A stretch of 60,782 bases of DNA, taken from positions 1-60,782 of the forward strand of contig JBHJGN010000056.1 of assembly GCA_050331735.1 (NCBI GenBank), read 5' to 3'. The position numbers and the translations under genes were made by a program. Source of the DNA: Cyanophyceae cyanobacterium (lineage in GTDB: Bacteria; Cyanobacteriota; Cyanobacteriia; Cyanobacteriales; JBHJGN01). Shown here in pieces: positions 18,471 through 27,034 of this stretch (the first letter of the stretch is position 1; every line of letters starts with the position of its first letter). The notes below the pieces were generated by a model. That model was not told where the DNA came from. It saw only the letters and a list, made by a program, of their open reading frames with translations, and searched no databases.

Positions 18471-18510
18471 AATGGCGAGTTGAGGAGTCATTCCTCCTCA
18501 ACTCGCCATT
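18471..18510. terminator. Perfect 17-bp inverted repeat (hairpin or terminator)
   Basis: aatggcgagttgaggag-tcattc-ctcctcaactcgccatt followed by actttatt. Confidence 0.65.
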
Positions 18511-19415
18511 ACTTTATTCGCTCTGAATTACCGCTACTGAGTTCATGTTATTAGGTAGCGTCTCGATTGCCACTTGTTGATGCCCTTACAACTGATGCGG
18601 CTCATCGGTATGAATTTTCTAGCCTGTTCTGCATCCTTAGTGCAGCATTCGAGTATTAATGGTGCTGTTCACTCTGACACTGACTTCATGTCGCTGCGTT
18701 CGCAGCATCCTTTTTAAAATGTCTCAGCGCGTTTATCCTCACTTGCTTGGTATCATGCGCATGCAGGTCCATTTCCTCTCCTGCCACTCTACAGCCCACA
18801 TTCCACAGGCAATTTTAGATGAGTAAGTAATGATGAGAAAAAGAGGAACAGGAAAAGCATATTCGGAGAGAATGAGCAGCATTTGAGAACTCAATTTTAT
18901 TCAATATATTTGCTGGTGTCTACGTTTGACCGAATATACTTTATGCAACAAAAATGCAATCATGGCAATAGTATAGACTATAGACAACGTAAAGAAGCTA
19001 ATAATTTTATTGCCAGTTATTAATATAACTTGCCTAAACAATTTTCTTGTAAAAGAATGGAAGATAGTTAATTTAAAAGTAAGCAGCAAGCAAGCCTTAT
19101 CTTTGTTGACAAAGTTCTCCGTTTCTCTAGCAGCTTTATTTGTAATCTACCCGGCATTCCAATCAAGCAGGTAATCGCTGTTGGTAATTAAGCAGCTTAA
19201 TAAGTTGCGTCTTTTAAAGTTAAGTCGAATCTATTCGCTTTGCCCGAAATAATTCTACTATAAGAATAGTACTTTTTAGATTCTGAAAAAAAATGATTGT
19301 GAGCTTTTTTACTGAGTATCTTGGGAAAATATTCAGTCAGCTCATAGTGATTTAACAAATTTGGGCTTAAAAGCTTCTCGAATCATCTTTAAGTACCTAA
19401 ATATTGGAGTAAATC

Positions 19416-19970
19416 ATGAATATTAATGGAAACGAATTGGATAAAGATATCAAGTCATTTCTTTCGTATGCGCTTGCTATCGAACCTAAGGTATCTATAG
19501 GAGGAGTTGAGTTTCATTTTAATGAAACAGAAAAACTTTCAGACCGCGAATTTGCGTCAATTGATGAATTAATGAGGAAGTATGAAAAAGTAAAAAGATT
19601 ACTTCCAGATGAATCTTCGCTTGATTCGCTACAGATAACTAAAGAGAAACCAATCGTCCAATTTGAGCCAAATACCAACTATCAAATTGTGACGGTAAAC
19701 GCAGAACAGCTTGACCTGACAAAAGACATATATCAGCGCATTGCGCAAATTCATCAATCTTATACCGAGGAGAATCATTCGCAGGCTAGAAACAAATTTG
19801 ACGATCTACAGTCTTTTCTCAATGAAAAGCGGAGGTCGTTTCTTGGTGATTTTCAAAGGATTTCTGCAATAGATGATACAGTTGGAATGCATGCCGTCGG
19901 AGCTGGCGGAGACCCTCAGACTCAAGTCGTAGTTATCTTTATTATCATTGAGATCTACGTAGAATACTAA
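19416..19970 (+). CDS. Hypothetical protein with hydrophobic beta-rich C-terminal tail (precursor-peptide-like)
   Basis: SD GGAG before ATG; 184-aa open frame in AT-rich DNA; ends GAGG-DPQTQVVVIFIIIEIYVEY. Confidence 0.75.
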   Translation: MNINGNELDKDIKSFLSYALAIEPKVSIGGVEFHFNETEKLSDREFASIDELMRKYEKVKRLLPDESSLDSLQITKEKPIVQFEPNTNYQIVTVNAEQLDLTKDIYQRIAQIHQSYTEENHSQARNKFDDLQSFLNEKRRSFLGDFQRISAIDDTVGMHAVGAGGDPQTQVVVIFIIIEIYVEY

Positions 19971-20000
19971 AATCAGTACAGCATTCTTCGGTTTATTAAC

Positions 20001-20070
20001 ATCAGGACTTACGCAGCTAAGTAAATATGGCCCCCTACCCCTCCCGAAAATTAGGGAAAGGGGTAGGGAG
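20001..20070. repeat. Cyanobacterial dispersed repeat or MITE-like remnant with GC-rich hairpin
   Basis: atcaggacttacgca followed by ccctacccctccc-gaaaatta-gggaaaggggtaggg hairpin. Confidence 0.5.
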
Positions 20071-20579
20071 GAGTGAAGGATTTAGAGAGCAAATATATAG
20101 CTCCTGTACATTTTAATAAGAGGCGTTCTTTCTTTGTGATTTGTAAAGTACTCATGCTTGAGATAATGTAATTGAAGCTCGTGAGAACTTTACAAAATAG
20201 TGAAGTGAGTTTTGAACATTTATTTACATAAATGCTTGGCCTTGCTTACTGCGCTTCTCCCATCGTTGTTTTTGGTATTTTTCGAATTCAAAAGCTATTT
20301 TTTGAACAAAAAGTTAATAACAATTTTTTTGCAATATGTAGCTTTCTAAACAATCCTGATCAATAATATTTGGCCATTAAATTTTATTTAAATGCAAAAA
20401 CAATTGCTTTGGTTAGCTAATTCAAGCACTAACTTTACATTGTTTTGCATTCTCCATATGGCAAGCCTCAAAAAATTGATCGATATAGCTTGGTTTTCTA
20501 AGGGCTAGAAATAAGCTATTAAATCTGCAAACTAATTATTTTATCCTGTCGTCGTTAATAAATAAACTAAATAGAACAT

Positions 20580-21410
20580 ATGTTTTCAATTGCTCAAACT
20601 CCCGAAGTTAAAGCTCTTTCTAAAAGCCTAGATTCTTTGCAAAATAGCTATGATAAGCTGCAAATGTGTTTTATAGAACACGTTCAAAGCAGCTTTTTTG
20701 AAAACTTTGTTAAAAGAGAAATTGAAAAAATTGCAGTTGACTCCTACCATAATGTTCGATGTAACGTAGGTCAGCTAAATTTCACGGTAATTAATAATGA
20801 AAAGTTTGACTATACCATACGTCTTTCTCCTCGCATGGTTCGATGTCCTCATCCTATTAAATGGCTTGGCAACAAACAAATTATTGCTATTGAAGGGCCA
20901 GGAACTGCAACTGTGAAAAGAATGATGGTTCCAAACTACACATGCTTAAATAATTTTGTCCAAGGAATCGAGATTGTAGAAACATCCGAAGGAATTCTTA
21001 AAAAAGGAGAATTCATTTCAAGTAATAAAATTCATGAGGTTTTAGATGTTTGTGAAATTAAATCTACTGTGATTCTTCATTCACTTATAGTTAAAAATTT
21101 AGAGGCGGAGCTTTACTGGACCTTTAATCAAAAAAATATTTCAGCTTTTTCAGAATCATCTCGTGTGGTAAATTCGCGCCTTAGAAATATTCTTGATATT
21201 GCTTATAAGTTTAATGTTGATATTTCTGATAATATTTATGATTTAATATTTACGTATGGCGATGCTCAGCTTAAGCTTTCTGCAATACAAATTATGCTGA
21301 CTTCAAAAAAAGTTGAAGGATTTAGGGAGCTGCAAAAAGCTATAGATTCAAATAATACAATGCTGAGTGGCGGCGGACAAGCCATATTAAATAGACTGTT
21401 TTCTTCTTAA
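20580..21410 (+). CDS. Hypothetical protein, degenerate cupin-like core + C-terminal HEAT-like helices
   Basis: Beta-rich core (YTIRL, IIAIEGPGTATV, LKKGEFI, VILHSL) and DAQLKLSAIQIML...ELQKAIDS helices; no HxH motif. Confidence 0.7.
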   Translation: MFSIAQTPEVKALSKSLDSLQNSYDKLQMCFIEHVQSSFFENFVKREIEKIAVDSYHNVRCNVGQLNFTVINNEKFDYTIRLSPRMVRCPHPIKWLGNKQIIAIEGPGTATVKRMMVPNYTCLNNFVQGIEIVETSEGILKKGEFISSNKIHEVLDVCEIKSTVILHSLIVKNLEAELYWTFNQKNISAFSESSRVVNSRLRNILDIAYKFNVDISDNIYDLIFTYGDAQLKLSAIQIMLTSKKVEGFRELQKAIDSNNTMLSGGGQAILNRLFSS

Positions 21411-21561
21411 AATAGTGGTACATGGCGGCACAAATAGCTGACTATTTTTAGTTCATTTCTTCAGGCTTTTTTATCAAAATTTATATACGGCAAAACTTTA
21501 CATTCTCCGTATGTCCGTGTGATTTAAAAGAATATAGCATTATATTTGGAGAGTATTAATC

Positions 21562-22458
21562 ATGCCCTTGAAAATCGAGTTACCAAACGATGATGTCAAG
21601 ATAAGCCTTGATGAATTTTTATCTATTGTAGATAGTAAAAATTGCAATTTTGACAATCAAGAATCAATTCTTGAGATTGCACCGCACTTAAAGCACCTTA
21701 GTCATAACAAAAGATTTTTAATAGAGAAGAACTTAGAAGATCTGAAAGATCTAGCAAATTTCCAACTCTTGAATTACTATGGCCCACAAGTTTTTATGCT
21801 GCATACGTGCGACAAGTATTTCGTCCGGGCCAATGTCTGGAGAACTGTATCTCAGCTAGAAAATTCTATCGATGAATTTAAGTATGATATCTGTCATGAT
21901 CATAATTTCGATATTCTTACGGTCGGATACTTAGGTCCTGGCTATCGTGCGCGTACTTATACATATGACATAACAAAAGTCGAGGGATTATTGGGAGAGA
22001 AGGTGCCGATGGAAGCGGAAGGCATCCTTACTCTTGAAGAAGGATGTGTACTCCTTTATCGGGCTAAAAAAGATATACATATACAAATGCCACCGGATGA
22101 TCTATCTGTATCTCTAAACTTTATTCCGAGAAATAGAAAAATTGATCTTCCTCAATTTCAGTTTAACGAGGAAAACAGTACTATTTGTCGGTATCTCCAT
22201 TCGTCAGGTAAAGAATTAGTCGTTAGACTAGCGGGCTTGTTGGGAGATGAAAATACATTTGATGTTCTCGATACTATTGCTCAACGTCATCATAGTCCCC
22301 ATCTACGAGCGCTGGCTGCCTTATCTCAAATTCAAATTGCACCCGATAAAGAGGAAAGTGTTTATGAACGCCTTATTAAACAAGGAACTGTTGTTGAACG
22401 ATTTATTGTTGATGTAGAAAAGGAAAACTATGGACGGTGCTTGACATTATGGGATTAG
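21562..22458 (+). CDS. Cupin-fold putative non-heme-iron oxygenase (HDH...H) + HEAT-like C-terminus
   Basis: YGPQVFML, FVRANVW, CHDHNFDILTVGYLGPGY, LYRAKKDIHIQ, SVSLN, SPHLRALAA; SD GGAG. Confidence 0.8.
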   Translation: MPLKIELPNDDVKISLDEFLSIVDSKNCNFDNQESILEIAPHLKHLSHNKRFLIEKNLEDLKDLANFQLLNYYGPQVFMLHTCDKYFVRANVWRTVSQLENSIDEFKYDICHDHNFDILTVGYLGPGYRARTYTYDITKVEGLLGEKVPMEAEGILTLEEGCVLLYRAKKDIHIQMPPDDLSVSLNFIPRNRKIDLPQFQFNEENSTICRYLHSSGKELVVRLAGLLGDENTFDVLDTIAQRHHSPHLRALAALSQIQIAPDKEESVYERLIKQGTVVERFIVDVEKENYGRCLTLWD

Positions 22459-22746
22459 TTGCAGAATTAGCGAGAGCGTCATCAAGGGCAACTATAAGAA
22501 AAATTGCAGCTTTTAATACTTGAGTTAGGACATAGATATTCTCAGAGTCACGAGGTACAATAACAGTGAGCAAAACTGAGCTTCTTGAGGAAATACTTTA
22601 AATCTCTTGGAGGAGTGAGATAAAGCACATCAATACGCTCCTAAAATTGTGGGAACTGTTTATGGATAGCTCAAGCGGCGGAACCACTTCCGCCCCTGTG
22701 TCCTTTGATGAATCGCCCCAGAAAATGTGGCTTTAGCGATTTAATA

Positions 22747-24399
22747 TTAATCCCAAATGGTGCAGCGTAAGTCTCCAGATTTTTGGGAGAGACGCAAGTT
22801 TTCGCCGTAGTCTACAGGACAGTCGATAATGGTCGGAACGTTTTGAGCAAGAGCCGTTTTAAGAGTGGGCAGAAAGTCGCTTGCCGACTCAATTCGGTAG
22901 CCTTTTAGTCCCATGCTTTCGGCGAATTTGACAAAATCAGGATTCTTAAAGTGAACAAAGGCCGATTCTCCAAACTGGTCGAGCTGTTTCCATTCAATCA
23001 ACCCGTAGCCGTTATCGTTGAAGATCAGCACCACAAACGGATGGCCAACTCGTAAAGCCGTTTCTAATTCCTGGCAGTTCATCATAAAGCCACCGTCTCC
23101 CGTCACCGCCACCACTCGGCGGTCTGGGCGAACGAGCTTGGCGGCGATCGCTCCTGGAATGGCAATGCCCATTGAGGCAAATCCGTTGGAGATAATGCAG
23201 GTGTTGGGGCGATCGCTGTGGTAGTGTCGCGCCATCCACATCTTGTGCGCCCCCACATCAGAAATGACGATATCTTCGGCCTCCATGACCTGCCGCAGAT
23301 CGTAAATTAATTTTTGGGGCTTAATCGGAAACCCAGCGTCATCGGTGTAGCGCTCGTATTCTGAGCGCAGTTCGGCGCGAAGATTGGCAACGGCTGGCGT
23401 GGGTTGACCCTCGCGGTCGGCCCGTTTGATGAGCTCTAGCAAAGAGTCGGAAATGTCGCCAACCACCTCTACTAAGGGGATGTAGCTGCTGTCTATTTCT
23501 GCTGAGATAGTGCCGATATGAACGATGGGAGTCTCGCCTGTGGGGTTCCATTTCTTTGGAGAATATTCGATTAAGTCGTACCCCACGGCAATCACTAAAT
23601 CGCTTTCTTCAAAGGCGCAGCTAATCAAATCTCGCTGCTGCAAGCCGACAGTCCAGAGAGAGAGGGGATGGGTATAGGGAATGGCCCCTTTGCCCATAAA
23701 CGTATTCACCACCGGAATGTTGAGGCGAGTGGCAAATTCAGTGAGCGCTTCGCTGGCACTCGCCCGGATCGCCCCATTCCCCGCTAAGATGAGGGGCTTT
23801 TTGGCCTTGGCAATGGCGATCGCGGCACTGTTGAGGCTGCGGAAGGAGGCATAGGTTTTCTCGCGCGTATCTTGATTCAGCGGCTGACCTGGGGCTGACA
23901 TGGCCGCGATATTTTCCGGCAGGTTAATATGCACCGCTCCTGGTTTCTCGCTTTGAGAAAGCTTGAAGGCTTTCCGCACAATTTCTGGAGTGTTACTCGG
24001 GCGCACAATCTGAGTACTCCACTTGGTCACGGGAGCAAACATCGCCACCAGATCCAAATATTGATGAGCTTCTATATGCATCTGGTCGGTGCCGACCTGT
24101 CCGGTAATCGCCACCAGCGGTGCCCCGTCTAGGTTTGCATCAGCGACGCCCGTCATCAAATTCGTCGCTCCCGGCCCGAGGGTAGACAAACACACGCCTG
24201 CTTTCCCGGTTAAGCGTCCGTAAACGTCTGCCATAAATGCTGCCCCCTGTTCGTGACGGGTGGTAATAAACTGAATCGAAGAATGCCGAAGCGCTTCTAA
24301 AACGTGAAGGTTTTCTTCTCCTGGCAACCCGAAAACGTATTCGACCCCTTCGTTTTCTAGGCACTGCACCAGTAGCTCGGCTGTATTAAGTTCCCCCAT
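22747..24399 (-). CDS. ThDP-dependent acetolactate-synthase-like enzyme, probably cyanobacterial 2-oxoglutarate decarboxylase
   Basis: Start re-assigned to MGELNTAELLV (ATG 24399). FGLPGEENL, TRHEQGAAFMAD, GDGGF...ND motif. Confidence 0.88.
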   Translation of the reverse strand: MGELNTAELLVQCLENEGVEYVFGLPGEENLHVLEALRHSSIQFITTRHEQGAAFMADVYGRLTGKAGVCLSTLGPGATNLMTGVADANLDGAPLVAITGQVGTDQMHIEAHQYLDLVAMFAPVTKWSTQIVRPSNTPEIVRKAFKLSQSEKPGAVHINLPENIAAMSAPGQPLNQDTREKTYASFRSLNSAAIAIAKAKKPLILAGNGAIRASASEALTEFATRLNIPVVNTFMGKGAIPYTHPLSLWTVGLQQRDLISCAFEESDLVIAVGYDLIEYSPKKWNPTGETPIVHIGTISAEIDSSYIPLVEVVGDISDSLLELIKRADREGQPTPAVANLRAELRSEYERYTDDAGFPIKPQKLIYDLRQVMEAEDIVISDVGAHKMWMARHYHSDRPNTCIISNGFASMGIAIPGAIAAKLVRPDRRVVAVTGDGGFMMNCQELETALRVGHPFVVLIFNDNGYGLIEWKQLDQFGESAFVHFKNPDFVKFAESMGLKGYRIESASDFLPTLKTALAQNVPTIIDCPVDYGENLRLSQKSGDLRCTIWD

Positions 24400-24713
24400 G
24401 ATGGTGTGTTGCTCGGTACTTAAGATGAAATTGTGTTTTGCAAAAAGAATGACACCCACAGTATGGGTGTCCTGACTCCGGTTTATCACATATAGAGGAG
24501 AACTGCTACCGCTATTTTGTTGAGGATGCCTAGTCAATGTTTAGTTCTTAAACTAGCCTGAACCAGAATACTGATTTTTGCTACTTTGCGTCAAACTCAA
24601 TTCTGAAGAAAACCTTACCCTGTTCGCACTCCGTCCAGCAACAGAGACAGAGGACGAACTCGATTTAGCGGATGCGGACATTAATGGACTGAATTCGAGC
24701 GAACTTTCTCTCT

Positions 24714-27017
24714 TCAGCTTATCTCTGCCATGAGCGTCTCCACAACCTCGGCAAAAACTGCTTCCCACTGTTGCGGTTGTCTCTGTCGAAATAGTCGCAT
24801 CGTTGGATACCAAGGGCTATCCTCTCGGTACAGCATCCAGCGCCAGTCCGGACAAAAAGAGAGCAGTGTCCATACAGGCTTACCAAGCCCGCCTGCTAAG
24901 TGGACTACGGCGGTGTCAACGCTAATCACTAAATCTAAAGACAAAATGATTCGAGCGGTAGCGGCAAAATTAGTCAGGTGAGGACTTAAATCAACCAGGC
25001 TGACTTGGGGCGATAGGTGCGTTAACTCCTCGGTGCGCGGACCCTTTTGCAAGCTATAAAAAGTACAATTGGTCAGCTTCAGAACGGGCAAAAACTGCTT
25101 TAGGGAGCAGGAACGGTGGCGATCATTTTTGTGAGTCGGACTTCCTGACCAGACAATCCCAATCTTTTTCCCCTCAGCAGGCGGTAAAGGAAATTGATTG
25201 AGTCCTTCCCCAACATAAGGAACCGTCGCCGGGATGCTATTTAATGTTGTTCCGAGGAGATGCGGTAAGCTCATCAGCGGAGCATAGGTATGGAACTCAG
25301 ACAGAGGAATCTCTCCAGGAGTATAGATAGTATCAATTGCTGTGATAGTTGCAAACAGAGATACCAAATTTTCCGGACAGCAGAGCAGCAGACGACGACA
25401 GCGCGATCGCACCAAGGGCAGGTAGCGAATAAACTGAATCGCATCTCCGGCTCCCTGTTCTGTGTGAATCAGAATCGTTTGCTTTTCAATATTGCTCCCA
25501 TCCCAGCGAGGATGGCGACAAACAAAGGGAGTAAACTGTTGAGTTTGCCAGCGCCACTCGCTCTCAGCAAAGCCTTCCTTGAGTTCTCCTTGCAGCAGCA
25601 GCGTCATCCCCAGGTTGAAGTGGGCATCGGGAAAACGTTCTCGTCGTTGAATGGCTTGACGGAAGTGAGCGATCGCTTCTTCTAAATAGAGCTGTCGATG
25701 AGCAATAATTCCTAAATTATTGTAGGCATCGGCATGATGCGGTTCTAAGTTAACCACCTGATGCAGGAATTCCCTGGCGGCTGACCACCGTTCCTGCTCT
25801 AGACAGATGACTCCTAGGTTATAGCGAGCCACGGTGAAACTCGGGTCCAGCTCTAAGCAGTGCTGGTAGTGCTGGAGAGCTTCTTGCCAGTTGCCTTTGT
25901 GGTAGGCGTGGTTGCCCAAGCTGAGGTAGACATTTGGTTCTCGTGGTTGCGTTAGAGGCGGCACCACCTCTTGCAAGGCTTCATCCGGCAGCACAAACGA
26001 ACTGCCCAAGAGCGACTCGTCCCAATCAATGATTTCTGGAAAGCGAGTATTGGGAATCACCTGCACTGCAAAGATTTCCTGTACGCCCTCCTCAAAGCGC
26101 AGAAAAGCCACAATTTGACCGCTACGGAGATTAATGACCCAGACGCCGCAAATTCGCTCCTCCGTTTCAGTAATGGGAATCCCGCTAAACACTGCCGTTT
26201 CCCGGACCTGCGATAGCCCAACAAACCCCCACTCTCCCCAAAAATCGAGTCCCCGAGTGAAGCTGGGTAGGTGGGTGACCACCTCCCGCTTACCCGTCAC
26301 CGCATCGACTCTTGATAAACTCCCCACTCCCGACTCGAGAACCCAAAGCTGATTCGCGTACCAGCGGGGTGAATGGGGCATCGACAAACCCTGGCAGAGA
26401 ATCTGATTGGTTTCTATATCCATCAGAATGCCGCCGTAGGCTTTATGGTCGCGCCAGCCTGCGGGGGTATCTGTCGTGCCTAACGCCGTTACATATTTCG
26501 GTTGCCCGTCCCTTATGCCCAAGCCGTTGAGGTGACAGCGGTCTGTTAAATCGTAACCACTAATAAATGGCGGTCGCCAGCGCGGGACAAAGCTATGACG
26601 AGCATCGAGGGTACACAGGCAGGAAAAGCGGGTGTTGACGAACCAGAGTTCATCTTGGGCAAAGGCCATTTCATGGATGTCAATATCGCCAGTGGTATGA
26701 ATTTTGTGGGGCAGGTAGCAGGCATCGTGCTTGCCCGGGGGGTCTATTCTTTGAGCAACAGCGGGAACGTTGCGCAACTCCCAAATTTGGTAAGCTGTTC
26801 CGAGCGCGATCTTTTCTCGACTGACGGCTAACCCCATCGGTTTATTAAAGGTACGAAAATGGGTGTTAATGACGCTGCCATCGGAGCGCAGCACAATTAG
26901 TTTACCTGCCTGATAGGTAGAGACGACGAGGGAAATATCGAGGTGGTCGAGTAGGAAAGGAAAATTGGTGGTGTGGACGCTGCGCAGGGGACTTTGAGCC
27001 GCAGAATTATCGTTCAT
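24714..27017 (-). CDS. TIGR03032 (DUF4915) domain + TPR + glycosyltransferase-like (GT9-type) fusion protein
   Basis: STYQAGKL, DIDIHEM, VNTRFSCL, DRCHLNG, SMPHSPRW; TPRs; EQGAGDAIQFIRY, ISVDTAVVHLAG, DWRW...SPWYP. Confidence 0.88.
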   Translation of the reverse strand: MNDNSAAQSPLRSVHTTNFPFLLDHLDISLVVSTYQAGKLIVLRSDGSVINTHFRTFNKPMGLAVSREKIALGTAYQIWELRNVPAVAQRIDPPGKHDACYLPHKIHTTGDIDIHEMAFAQDELWFVNTRFSCLCTLDARHSFVPRWRPPFISGYDLTDRCHLNGLGIRDGQPKYVTALGTTDTPAGWRDHKAYGGILMDIETNQILCQGLSMPHSPRWYANQLWVLESGVGSLSRVDAVTGKREVVTHLPSFTRGLDFWGEWGFVGLSQVRETAVFSGIPITETEERICGVWVINLRSGQIVAFLRFEEGVQEIFAVQVIPNTRFPEIIDWDESLLGSSFVLPDEALQEVVPPLTQPREPNVYLSLGNHAYHKGNWQEALQHYQHCLELDPSFTVARYNLGVICLEQERWSAAREFLHQVVNLEPHHADAYNNLGIIAHRQLYLEEAIAHFRQAIQRRERFPDAHFNLGMTLLLQGELKEGFAESEWRWQTQQFTPFVCRHPRWDGSNIEKQTILIHTEQGAGDAIQFIRYLPLVRSRCRRLLLCCPENLVSLFATITAIDTIYTPGEIPLSEFHTYAPLMSLPHLLGTTLNSIPATVPYVGEGLNQFPLPPAEGKKIGIVWSGSPTHKNDRHRSCSLKQFLPVLKLTNCTFYSLQKGPRTEELTHLSPQVSLVDLSPHLTNFAATARIILSLDLVISVDTAVVHLAGGLGKPVWTLLSFCPDWRWMLYREDSPWYPTMRLFRQRQPQQWEAVFAEVVETLMAEIS

Positions 27018-27034
27018 TTCTTAGTCTTGAATTT

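Noticed and set aside
18901..19089. 62-aa hydrophobic minus-strand ORF in the island
   Set aside because: TTG start, no RBS, and a composition expected by chance in AT-rich DNA.
21562..22458. Transposase interpretation of the HDHNF protein
   Set aside because: No DDE, HUH or Tyr/Ser recombinase motifs and no terminal inverted repeats; the motifs fit a cupin metal site.
24400..24537. 46-aa N-terminal extension of the ALS-like ORF
   Set aside because: Family similarity starts at MGELNTAE; the extension is incidental open frame.
24553..24813. 86-aa Ser-rich minus-strand ORF
   Set aside because: Overlaps the end of the TIGR03032 gene in another frame and has no recognisable motifs.
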